DNA of 64,000 nucleotides from Bacillota bacterium (GTDB taxonomy: Bacteria > Bacillota > Clostridia > Lachnospirales > Bianqueaceae), in contig JAFRZL010000044.1 of NCBI GenBank assembly GCA_017442535.1, forward strand, positions 2,205 to 66,204, written 5' to 3'. Positions 1 through 8,443 of the stretch are shown here, piece by piece (the first letter of the stretch is position 1; each line of letters begins with the position of its first letter). A program made the position numbers and the translations under genes. The notes below the pieces were generated by a model. The model saw only the letters and a list, made by a program, of their open reading frames with translations. It searched no databases and was not told where the DNA came from.

Positions 1-1
1 G

Positions 2-1165
2 GGGATCCCGGGGCTTGGCTTCTGTACGTTTGAAGATATCGCGTCGCTGGGACTCCTGTCCAATGTGGCGCTCGGGTTTATCGCTTTCTCGATCGGAAGT
101 GAATTCCGTCTGTCCGAGCTGCAGCATACGGGCAGACAGGCCCTCGTGATCGGTATCCTGCAGTCCGTTGGCGCGACTGTAGTCGTCGATCTGGCTCTCT
201 TTATCCTGCATCTGATTCTGGGCAATGAGATCCTGCCGGTATCCGTCGTGATCACACTGGGCGCGATCGCGTCCGCGACGGCCCCCGCCGCGACCCTGAT
301 GGTTGTGCGTCAGTACAAGGCCAAAGGCGAAGTCACCAAACTGCTGCTGCCCATCGTCGCACTGGACGACGCGGTCGGCCTGATCATTTTTGCCGTTTCC
401 TTCGGTATCGCACAGGCTCTCAAGGGTGGCGCACTTAATATTTTTTCCATTATTGTGAATCCTTTGCTTGAGATCGTCTGTTCCGTGGTATTGGGCGCTT
501 TGCTTGGCTGGATCATGTCCAAGCTTGAAAAGCTTTTCTATTCCAATTCCAACCGTCTGGCTATGACGATCAGCTTTGTCCTGCTGACGATCGCTCTTGC
601 TTCGCTCAAGATCCACCTGGGGCCGGTGCAGCTCTCCTGCTCTTCCCTGCTGGTCTGCATGATGCTCGGCACCTCTTTCTGTAATCTGAGCGAGTTCTCC
701 GCGGATATCTTCACGCGCTGTGAAAAGTGGACTGTGCCGCTCTACTGCGTCTTTTTCGTCATCAGCGGCGCTCAGCTGGACCTCTCCGTCTTCAGCAATC
801 CCTCTTTTGTCCTGATCGGTGTAATCTATATCCTCTTCCGCTGTGCGGGCAAGTATTTTGGCGCCCGCTTCAGCAGCGACCTGATGCACTGCAGCCCGAA
901 TGTCCGGAAGTATCTGGGCATCACGCTCTTCCCGCAGGCCGGCGTCGCGCTCGGCATGGTCGTCACCGCTTCCGCCCTGGGCGGGACGGAGTATACGGTC
1001 ATCCGCAACGTCGTCCTCTTCAGTGTCCTGATCTACGAACTCTTTGGCCCGTCCTTTACCAAGAACGCGCTGATCAAGTCGGGCGAGATTGTTCCGGCTC
1101 CCGCTGAGAAAAAAGACCGCCAGCGTTTCGCGAAAAAGGATACTCCCGATTCCGCACACGCCTGA
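2..1165 (+). CDS. Cation:proton antiporter-family membrane protein; 5' end truncated by the window edge
   Basis: Frame 2 is open from nt 2 with no stop before the listed Met at 65. The sequence is multi-TM and hydrophobic, with ...GAIASATAPAATLMVV... and ...LLPIVALDDAVGLIIF... resembling Na+/H+ exchanger (CPA) family proteins. The tail is hydrophilic. Confidence 0.7.
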   Translation, partial: GIPGLGFCTFEDIASLGLLSNVALGFIAFSIGSEFRLSELQHTGRQALVIGILQSVGATVVVDLALFILHLILGNEILPVSVVITLGAIASATAPAATLMVVRQYKAKGEVTKLLLPIVALDDAVGLIIFAVSFGIAQALKGGALNIFSIIVNPLLEIVCSVVLGALLGWIMSKLEKLFYSNSNRLAMTISFVLLTIALASLKIHLGPVQLSCSSLLVCMMLGTSFCNLSEFSADIFTRCEKWTVPLYCVFFVISGAQLDLSVFSNPSFVLIGVIYILFRCAGKYFGARFSSDLMHCSPNVRKYLGITLFPQAGVALGMVVTASALGGTEYTVIRNVVLFSVLIYELFGPSFTKNALIKSGEIVPAPAEKKDRQRFAKKDTPDSAHA

Positions 1166-1181
1166 TCTGTTCATCCGGGAA

Positions 1182-1210
1182 TTGACTTTTTCGCTTGAAT
1201 CGTTTACAAT
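1182..1210 (+). promoter_or_regulatory. Sigma-70-type promoter of the HIT gene
   Basis: TTGACT (1182-1187), a 17-nt spacer, then TACAAT (1205-1210). Confidence 0.6.
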
Positions 1211-1254
1211 ACAAGTAATTTTGAAGCCGTCTGGAACGGAGAAAGGAAAGACTG

Positions 1255-1680
1255 ATGGAATATAAAGACCCCAACTGCGCGTATTGCATGGGCGGTGAAT
1301 TGCTCGCCAAATTCGGAATCAAAATCTGTGATCTGGAGGGCAGCGTCCTCTACCTGTTCAAGGAGCAGAGCCATCCCGGCCGCGTTATTCTGGCCGCCAA
1401 ACGCCATGTCAACGACATCACCGATCTGACAGACGCCGAGCGCGATGCCTTCTTCGCGGATGTCAACCATGTCTCCAAAGTGCTGCAGCAGCTCTTCCAC
1501 CCCGACAAAGTCAATTACGGCGCCTACAATGATCTGGGCGGGCACCTGCATTTCCACCTGGTCCCGAAGTACCGCGACAGTTTTGAGTGGGGCAGCGTCT
1601 TTGCCATGAACCCCGGCGCCATCCTGCTGTCGGACGAAGAATACACTATCCTGATCGATCGCATCAAGAGCGCCCTCTAA
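1255..1680 (+). CDS. HIT (histidine triad) family protein
   Basis: Histidine triad motif GGHLHFHLVPKY. A GGAGAAAGGAAAG RBS lies upstream of the ATG, and the gene has its own TTGACT-17-TACAAT promoter. Confidence 0.9.
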   Translation: MEYKDPNCAYCMGGELLAKFGIKICDLEGSVLYLFKEQSHPGRVILAAKRHVNDITDLTDAERDAFFADVNHVSKVLQQLFHPDKVNYGAYNDLGGHLHFHLVPKYRDSFEWGSVFAMNPGAILLSDEEYTILIDRIKSAL

Positions 1681-1723
1681 GGCTCTGGGCAGACCGGTCA
1701 CCGGCTTGGTTTTCTGCATAATT

Positions 1724-1765
1724 AAGCCCTTTTCTGAATAAATGCATTCAGAAAAGGGCTTTTGT
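1724..1765. terminator. Bidirectional intrinsic terminator between the convergent HIT and MATE genes
   Basis: The stem AAGCCCTTTTCTGAA / TTCAGAAAAGGGCTT has an 8-nt loop and is followed by TTTGTT. Confidence 0.8.
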
Positions 1766-1839
1766 TATGCCCGTATGATAAATCACCGCGAAGGCCGGAA
1801 ACATGCTTCGTTACTGCGTCTTGAGATAAGTGCAGCGTC

Positions 1840-3243
1840 CTACATCCTCACAATCGTTTTCCACTTGCCGCTCCGGAACCGGAGGAAGAAGAGGAATGAC
1901 CGGAGCGTCATATCCAACCCGAAGAAGAGTGCGATCGCTGTCACTACCATTCCGAAGACCCGGATCGCGAGCAGCGACCCCGCCACGCGAAGCAGCCAGT
2001 TGGAGACGGCGATATACAGGAACGTGCTGCGGGTATCGCCGGCACCGCGCAGGCCTCCGGCAAAGACGGAGCTCATCAGCTGGAAGGGCTGGAAGAACAG
2101 GGCGATCCTCAGGCAGGCTGCGCCCATCTCGCGCACTTCTCCGTCGATGGTGAAGAATCCGATCAGCGGCGAGGCCAGCACGTAAATGATCGCGGAGATC
2201 GCAATGATCATGGCAAGTCCGTAGCGCTGGATCCGGTAGACGTAGCGCTCTGCTTCTTCCGGCCTTTTGGCGCCGAGGTACTGTCCGACGATCGTCGTTG
2301 CGGCCGATCCGATAGAGAAACAGGGCATGGTCGCGAGCTCCATCGCTGTATTAAACAGGGTGTTGGCCGCCAGTGCCTGGGTGCCCAGGATCGCAACGGT
2401 GGCTGTGATCAGCATACCGGCTGTCTGATTGCTGATACGCTCAAAGAGCGCGGGGACACCGATGCCGGCAACCTTTTTGAACAGACCGAAATCAAACCGG
2501 TAGCTCTCATGGATACTGATCTGGATCGGAGACGGATGATGGAAAACATACCGCAGGTAAAACGCGAACCCGACCACCATGGAAGCGGCCGTCGCAAGCG
2601 CGGCGCCGTTTACACCGAGACCGGCTCCCCACATATGGATTTTAGCGCCGAGAACGGTAATATCACGCGTCTCGTAGATCAGAAGGAAATTGAGGATCGC
2701 ATTGACCACGTTGCTGAACAGATTGATGCGAAGCGGTGTTTTGGTGTCGCCCGCTCCGCGCAGGACACTGCTCATGACCATGGAGAACATGGCGAAGGGC
2801 CGTCCGCAGGCCACGATCAGATTATAGTTTGTAGCATAGGGCGCCACATCGGGACCGGCACCCAGCCATAAAGGCAGAAAGGGGCAAAGGAGTGCATAGA
2901 CGATACACATCGGAATGCCCAGGTAGATCGAGAGCAGGACGGCGTGCCGCGTGAGCTTTTTCGCAAGCGGGATGTCTTCCGCTCCGATGGATCTCGCGAC
3001 CAGGGCGGTGATGCCCACTCCCATCGCGAGGACGGCTCCCGTAATCAGGAACATCGCCTGATTCAGCAGCGAAACTGCGGCGGTCGCGTACGCGCCGAGC
3101 TGCCCCACCATCGCGGCGTCCACATAGTGCAGCAGCGTGGAGAGAATGTTTTCGATAAAGATCGGCCAGGCCAGGGCAAAGACGATCTGTATCGGTTTTT
3201 TGTTCGGATCAAAAATATTGACGGTATTTCTGCTCGAAGGCAT
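1840..3243 (-). CDS. MATE family efflux transporter
   Basis: 467 aa with about 12 TM segments. The N-terminus ...ALAWPIFIENILSTLLHYVDAAMVGQLG... is typical of MatE/NorM. The RBS is GAGGGGGA. Confidence 0.9.
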   Translation of the reverse strand: MPSSRNTVNIFDPNKKPIQIVFALAWPIFIENILSTLLHYVDAAMVGQLGAYATAAVSLLNQAMFLITGAVLAMGVGITALVARSIGAEDIPLAKKLTRHAVLLSIYLGIPMCIVYALLCPFLPLWLGAGPDVAPYATNYNLIVACGRPFAMFSMVMSSVLRGAGDTKTPLRINLFSNVVNAILNFLLIYETRDITVLGAKIHMWGAGLGVNGAALATAASMVVGFAFYLRYVFHHPSPIQISIHESYRFDFGLFKKVAGIGVPALFERISNQTAGMLITATVAILGTQALAANTLFNTAMELATMPCFSIGSAATTIVGQYLGAKRPEEAERYVYRIQRYGLAMIIAISAIIYVLASPLIGFFTIDGEVREMGAACLRIALFFQPFQLMSSVFAGGLRGAGDTRSTFLYIAVSNWLLRVAGSLLAIRVFGMVVTAIALFFGLDMTLRSFLFFLRFRSGKWKTIVRM

Positions 3244-3326
3244 GGATAATGTTCCCCCTCAATTCTGTTTTTCTATTCAAAAACTGTCTGTTTATCTGTT
3301 ATTCCGGTATTTGGCGCTCCGGATGT

Positions 3327-5663
3327 TTATGTTTGGTGATCCGTGAGCCTTGTAAGCAGCCGGAGCACATTCATTGCGCCGCGCTGCAGCTCACCCCGGG
3401 TGATGCCGCCGGGCTTGCCAAGCGTCTCCAGCAGAGTGCCATCAGAGCGGTATTTTCTGGCGGTGCGGCTCATATCACCGGGCATCAGGACGTCGACCTG
3501 AGCGCGGACGCGGTAGGCGTTATCACGCAGTCCGGGGAATTCCGGGCTATGCGATTTGCGCATCCACCAGTCCGTGATCACAGTACCGGTATATCCCCAG
3601 TCTCCTCGGAGGATCGTGGTGACGAGGTCGTAGTGATAATGGCTCCAGACGCCATTCACCTTATTATAGCTCGTCATGATCACTTTGGCGCCGCCTTCGC
3701 GCACGCAGATCTCGAAATTCCGCAGATAAATCTCGCGCAGGGCGCGTTCCGAAACGCGGGAGTCGTTGGTATTGCGCTTCACTTCCTGATTATTGCAGGC
3801 GAAATGCTTGGGACAGGCGGCGTGGCCCCGGCTCTGGATACCGCGTACTGCAGCGGCTCCCATTTTGCCGGAGAGCAGCGGATCCTCGGAAAAGTATTCA
3901 AAATTGCGGCCACAGAGCGGGTTACGATGGATATTCATCCCCGGTGCGAGCAGGACATCCGAGCCGTAATGCGTCATTTCTTCGCTGACTTTGGCATAGA
4001 GGGCTTCAATCAGCCCGGTGTTGAAAGTGCAGGCGAGGGCGGTGCCGCAGGGCAGGAGCGCACAGTGTTTCTGCAGGCGGATGCCGGCCGGCCCGTCAGT
4101 AGTGATAATCGGCCGGACGCCTTTCTGGCGCAGCGATTCGATCACGCCGCCAAATGCGCCCGCGTTGCCTGCCACGCCAAGCTTCGAATTCATCATGCCT
4201 TCGCCGCGGGACAGGGCTTCCAGTTCTTTATCGCTGAGCCCCGCCACAAAATCTTCCAATGTCGCGCGGCCGGCCTTTACCTCGTCAAAATGTGGCCCGT
4301 GCTGTACGGCGGGGATCTCCGCGGGCAGTTCCGCAAGGATGCGCTCCCGCAGCTCGGCGCTGCTTACACAGAGCGTCCTGCAGTGCTCCAATTCAAGCTT
4401 TGCCTCCAGCTGCCAGGATCCCGCGGGCACATCATTTACCAGGAACTGATATTCTCCCGCATCCAGTACAAAAGCGTGGCACTCCTCGTCGAAAGAGGCA
4501 TAGTTCCTGCTCTCGCTGCGGATGGTAAGCGTCTCGCTCTCGCCGGGGGCAAGCTCCCGGGTCTTGGCAAAGGCGCAGAGCACGCGCACGGGCTTCTCCA
4601 GGCCCTCCCTGGGAGGCGCGCACCATACCTGCACGACCTCCTTGCCGGGGCGCTCACCGGTATTGGTGATCCGCACCTCAGCCTCCATGCCATCCTCTCC
4701 GGCCTGCAGGCTGAACGGCTCGGTCTTAAAGCTCGTATAACTCAAGCCGTAGCCGACGGGATACAGCATGCGGTCCGGCGCTTTGGTCAGGAAATGCCTG
4801 TATCCGACAAAAATACCCTCTTCGTAATCATTCCATATCAGCCCGCCGAAATTGGTGCTGCTCGGATAATCCTCGTAATCGATGGCAATGGTATCTGCCA
4901 GCTTGCCACAGGGACTGACCCTGCCGGTCAGCACATCCGCCACGGAATTGCCGCTCTCCATCCCGCTCTGCCAGACGATCATCAGGGCGGAAATGCGGCC
5001 TTCATATGCTTTGGCCCAGCTCATATCGATGATATTACCGATATTCATCAGCACCACGACCTTGGTAAAGGCCCTGGTGACGCTCTCCAGCATCCTGACT
5101 TCGTCATCCGTCAGGTAGTAGCTGCCCGGCTCCAGTACGTTCTCGCGATCCTCTCCGGCGGCCCGTCCGATGACGACCAGCGCCGTATCGGCCGTTTCGG
5201 CCGCAGCGCGGACGATTTCGTCCGTGAGCGGCATCTCGGGGTAATGCATGGGCCAATGTCCCCACCAGCCGTGATCGATCTGATTATCCTCCGCGGCAGT
5301 CCAGGTCCGGTAGGTCTCGAGCAGCGCTTCGTTCAGCTTAACGCCCGCATTCTGCAGCCCTTCGACCAGGTTGACCGTGTAAGGCATTTTCACGTCTCCC
5401 CCGCTGCCATAACCGACGTAAAACCAGTCCAGCTGGCAGCGTCCGAACACCGCGACCTCACCATCTGCCGCAAGCGGCAGCGCACCGTCATTTTCCAGCA
5501 AAACACAGCTCTCGGCCCCGGCCTGTCTAAGCAGCTGCGCAATACCAGGCGTCACATACCTCTCGCCCGCAGAGGTATTCTCTTCCTGCATCAGTCCGCT
5601 CCCCGTAAACCGGTCGATGACGGACTGAATCATACTTGCCAGTTTGCGTTTGAGTTTACTCAT
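3327..5663 (-). CDS. Glycoside hydrolase family 3 (beta-glucosidase/beta-xylosidase-like)
   Basis: 778 aa with GH3 hallmarks: ...FSEDPLLSGKMGAAAVRGIQ..., KHFACNNQE, and GYTGTVITDWW as the nucleophile region. The RBS is GCAGGAGGACTT. The ATG overlaps the TetR stop as ATGA. Confidence 0.92.
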   Translation of the reverse strand: MSKLKRKLASMIQSVIDRFTGSGLMQEENTSAGERYVTPGIAQLLRQAGAESCVLLENDGALPLAADGEVAVFGRCQLDWFYVGYGSGGDVKMPYTVNLVEGLQNAGVKLNEALLETYRTWTAAEDNQIDHGWWGHWPMHYPEMPLTDEIVRAAAETADTALVVIGRAAGEDRENVLEPGSYYLTDDEVRMLESVTRAFTKVVVLMNIGNIIDMSWAKAYEGRISALMIVWQSGMESGNSVADVLTGRVSPCGKLADTIAIDYEDYPSSTNFGGLIWNDYEEGIFVGYRHFLTKAPDRMLYPVGYGLSYTSFKTEPFSLQAGEDGMEAEVRITNTGERPGKEVVQVWCAPPREGLEKPVRVLCAFAKTRELAPGESETLTIRSESRNYASFDEECHAFVLDAGEYQFLVNDVPAGSWQLEAKLELEHCRTLCVSSAELRERILAELPAEIPAVQHGPHFDEVKAGRATLEDFVAGLSDKELEALSRGEGMMNSKLGVAGNAGAFGGVIESLRQKGVRPIITTDGPAGIRLQKHCALLPCGTALACTFNTGLIEALYAKVSEEMTHYGSDVLLAPGMNIHRNPLCGRNFEYFSEDPLLSGKMGAAAVRGIQSRGHAACPKHFACNNQEVKRNTNDSRVSERALREIYLRNFEICVREGGAKVIMTSYNKVNGVWSHYHYDLVTTILRGDWGYTGTVITDWWMRKSHSPEFPGLRDNAYRVRAQVDVLMPGDMSRTARKYRSDGTLLETLGKPGGITRGELQRGAMNVLRLLTRLTDHQT

Positions 5664-6289
5664 AAGTCCTCCTGCAGTGTCATTTCCCTGATGATCGCAT
5701 TGTTAATCCGTCCCAGCAATTCCGCCATCTCGGGAATGGGCAAGTCCATACCGTTCTGGATCCAGAAAAGGATGGCGTTAATACTTCCCTGAATCAAATA
5801 CGAAACTGTATACTGGTCGATCGCTTCTAGTAATAGGGCATCTCCTTCTGTTGATACTACGTAATTGTATACTTCTCGTATTATTTTTTCCCTTTCTAAG
5901 GCATATTGGGAACCCCTGAATAGACAGGAAAACACTGCTACATGTTGCTGAACGAACGGAAGAAAAAGAGAATAAAAAAGCGTGCGGTTATTATCCAAAT
6001 CTTTCTGTTGAAAGAAGCTTTGAAACAACTGGATATAATCACGAATTATTTCGTCAAGAAGATCCTGTTGTATAGCATAATGTGCGTAAAATGTCGACCG
6101 ATTGACATCTGCCTCCTTGCAGATTGCTGAAACTGTAATCTCTGAAAAATCCTTTTTTTGCATTAACCTTAATAGTGCATCCTTCAGAAGCTTTTTTGTC
6201 ACTTGTACACGGGTATCGGTTTTCGCTGATTCCACCTCTTCTGACCATCCTTCCTTTCCTATGTGAGACTGATTATAATGCAGAAGCAA
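5660..6289 (-). CDS. TetR/AcrR family transcriptional regulator
   Basis: N-terminal HTH ...FSEITVSAICKEADVNRSTFYAHY.... The gene is AT-rich relative to its neighbours. The exact start is uncertain and could be an internal GTG. Confidence 0.85.
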   Translation of the reverse strand: MLLHYNQSHIGKEGWSEEVESAKTDTRVQVTKKLLKDALLRLMQKKDFSEITVSAICKEADVNRSTFYAHYAIQQDLLDEIIRDYIQLFQSFFQQKDLDNNRTLFYSLFLPFVQQHVAVFSCLFRGSQYALEREKIIREVYNYVVSTEGDALLLEAIDQYTVSYLIQGSINAILFWIQNGMDLPIPEMAELLGRINNAIIREMTLQEDL

Positions 6290-6504
6290 AGGAAAGTCAA
6301 CCCCAGCAAAAAACTCCCATTTGAGAATACAATTAGCCCATATTTTATAGCAATTGAATATGTTCTATACAATCTTAAATAAAGATGCTGATGATCCTAC
6401 AGACCCTTCGATTTTTGTTGGAGAACCTACAAGCCAGACATTATTTGGTGGTTGAAAATCCTATCGTTTAGAATTATTCTTTATATGATAATTAATATGC
6501 TAAA

Positions 6505-6550
6505 GTGAAAGTATTTTCACCTTGACAATTAGTTCCTTAAGACCTATACT
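6505..6550 (+). promoter_or_regulatory. Promoter TTGACA-17-TATACT with an adjacent palindrome (candidate TetR operator)
   Basis: The inverted repeat GTGAAA-GTAT-TTTCAC (6505-6520) abuts the -35 box TTGACA (6522-6527). The -10 box TATACT is at 6545-6550. Confidence 0.55.
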
Positions 6551-6597
6551 ATATCCAAGCAGTTCTTCTTTCAACCTGCAAGAAAGGATCACTCGCC

Positions 6598-6855
6598 ATG
6601 CAAAGCAAAAAATTTAACACACTCTTCAAAGTCTGCTGCTTTTTATGCGTTTTTGCCATCATTCAGCTGATCGTGGCTCTCATTCTGCTGCCGCCCTTTA
6701 AGAGTTTTGCGCTCTTCGCCGACTACGGCCGCCTGGAGGGACAGACGATCGAAGTCTGTGCCGCGCTGCTGGTCCATGCTTTCCTGGTCTTTAAGGCCTG
6801 TGTGTGGGGCGTGCTCTCATACCTCTGCCATACGCTGGCCAATCCGCTTTCGTAA
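6598..6855 (+). CDS. Small hydrophobic hypothetical protein (85 aa)
   Basis: Preceded by a near-consensus promoter (TTGACA-17-TATACT) and a weak GAAAGGA RBS. It has two to three hydrophobic helices. Its 3' part overlaps the tail of the convergent DUF1667-like ORF, so one of the two overlapping reading frames is probably not translated. Confidence 0.4.
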   Translation: MQSKKFNTLFKVCCFLCVFAIIQLIVALILLPPFKSFALFADYGRLEGQTIEVCAALLVHAFLVFKACVWGVLSYLCHTLANPLS

Positions 6856-7217
6856 CCGGCGGAAATCCTTTGCCTTTTCTCCACGCTCTTGGTCGCGATC
6901 ACGTCCGCACCTAGCCCCAGCAGGTCATGCGCCAGGACAGTTCCGGCTTTAACAGGGGCTTCGGGCTGCAGGGCGTGGATCGCCTCTGCCGCCTCCATAA
7001 TGCGGGCTTTGGGAATGGGGGCGGTCAGGCGGACGCTGACCAGGGGCTCGGCCCCGCCCTGCACGGCCACCGTCGTCGCGATATTGCGGCGCGGATCGGT
7101 CAGTTCCTGCTGCACATACTGGACGCCGCGGCGGCAGAGAGCCCCGGTGATACCCTCTTCGGAGACTTCTATTTCGCAGCTGTTGGGGCAAATGATACAG
7201 GTAAATACTTGCTTCAT
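6723..7217 (-). CDS. DUF1667-like small Cys-rich protein, third gene of the GlpA-like oxidoreductase cassette, with an atypical C-terminal extension
   Basis: MKQVFTCIICPNSCEIEVSEEGITGALCRRG... matches the CxxCPxxC...C pattern I recall for DUF1667. The ATG at 7217 overlaps the upstream stop as ATGA. The conserved part seems to end near ...DVIATKSV, followed by about 45 extra residues. Confidence 0.8.
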   Translation of the reverse strand: MKQVFTCIICPNSCEIEVSEEGITGALCRRGVQYVQQELTDPRRNIATTVAVQGGAEPLVSVRLTAPIPKARIMEAAEAIHALQPEAPVKAGTVLAHDLLGLGADVIATKSVEKRQRISAGYESGLASVWQRYESTPHTQALKTRKAWTSSAAQTSIVCPSRRP

Positions 7218-8443
7218 TCCACGCTCACCTCCCATTCATGCGTCTGCGGGGTGCCCGGTTTGACCATAAAGTGGATCATTTCGGCCGGGACAGCCCGTCT
7301 GTAGGTTTTTTGTGCGACAATCCGGTCACCGTCCCTGACGGTGATTTTTGTGTTTCTGAGGGGAGTGGCAACGCGGAGCGACAACAGGAATTCGTCCGCC
7401 CCGGTGATGTGCTGGGGCACCACATGGTGCACGCCCTGCCCGGCCCGGAGTGTCACTCCGGCTTCCGGAAGTGCCCCCTGTTCCAGATATTTGCGAATCG
7501 CAGCCGCCTGGCGCTCGGCCTCGGCGGAGACTTCATCCACCACATCGTGCACATGCAGGACATTGCCCGCGGCAAAAATACCCGGCGCCGACGTCTGGCC
7601 GTATTCATCCACCACGGCGCCCTGCGTGCGCGGATTAAGCATAACGCCGGCCCCGCGTGAGAGCTCGTTTTCAGGAATCAGGCCGACGGACAGGATCAGC
7701 GTGTCGCAGGGGATGTATTCCTCCGTCCCCGGAATGGGGCGGCGTTGGTCATCCACCTTGGCTACGGTAACGCCCGTAAGCCGCGCGTCCCCATGGATAT
7801 CGATCACGGTATGCCCCAGATGCAGCGGGATATCATAATCGTTCAGGCACTGCTGGATATTGCGGGCCAGGCCGCTCGGGTAGGGAAGGATCTCGTACAC
7901 GCCTTTGACATGCGCGCCTTCCAATGTCAGACGCCTCGCCATGATCAGGCCGATATCGCCCGATCCGAGGATGACCACCTCGCGGGCAGGCATCCGGTTA
8001 TACAGATTGATATAGCTCTGGGCCACTCCTGCGGTAAAGACGCCGGCCGGCCGCTCGCCCGGGATGGCCAGCGCGCCGCGGGTCCGCTCCCGGCAGCCCA
8101 TGGCAAGCAAAATCGCCCGGGCCCGGTATTCCAAGAGCCCCTCAGGCGTTACAATTGTCACTTTTTTATCGGGTGTGATCTCCAGCACAGCCGCATTCGT
8201 CAGGCAGGGGATACCCAGCTCCCTCACCCGGTCGATAAAAATCTGCGCATATTCGGGCCCGGAGAGCGCCTGTTGGAAGCGCGTCAGGCCAAAGCCGTCA
8301 TGGATGCACTGCTTCAGGATGCCGCCAAGCTGCGCCTCACGCTCCACGACCAGGATGTCTTTCACACCCTGCTCATACAGCGCCACCGCGGCGGAAAGTC
8401 CCGCAGGGCCGCCGCCGACAATCAATACGTCCACTTCTCTCAT
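7214..8443 (-). CDS. NAD(P)/FAD-dependent oxidoreductase (pyridine nucleotide-disulfide oxidoreductase-like)
   Basis: Two Rossmann dinucleotide motifs: VDVLIVGGGPAGLSAA and VVILGSGDIGLIMARRL. The start overlaps the upstream gene as ATGA. Confidence 0.88.
   Translation of the reverse strand: MREVDVLIVGGGPAGLSAAVALYEQGVKDILVVEREAQLGGILKQCIHDGFGLTRFQQALSGPEYAQIFIDRVRELGIPCLTNAAVLEITPDKKVTIVTPEGLLEYRARAILLAMGCRERTRGALAIPGERPAGVFTAGVAQSYINLYNRMPAREVVILGSGDIGLIMARRLTLEGAHVKGVYEILPYPSGLARNIQQCLNDYDIPLHLGHTVIDIHGDARLTGVTVAKVDDQRRPIPGTEEYIPCDTLILSVGLIPENELSRGAGVMLNPRTQGAVVDEYGQTSAPGIFAAGNVLHVHDVVDEVSAEAERQAAAIRKYLEQGALPEAGVTLRAGQGVHHVVPQHITGADEFLLSLRVATPLRNTKITVRDGDRIVAQKTYRRAVPAEMIHFMVKPGTPQTHEWEVSVE

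Noticed and set aside
3249-5792. An 847-aa plus-strand ORF, the longest apart from the STAND gene
   Set aside because: It is exactly antisense to the GH3 gene, which carries clear family motifs and an RBS. Its translation is Ala/Gly/Arg/His-rich and low-complexity, with no motif. This is a typical shadow ORF of GC3-rich coding DNA.
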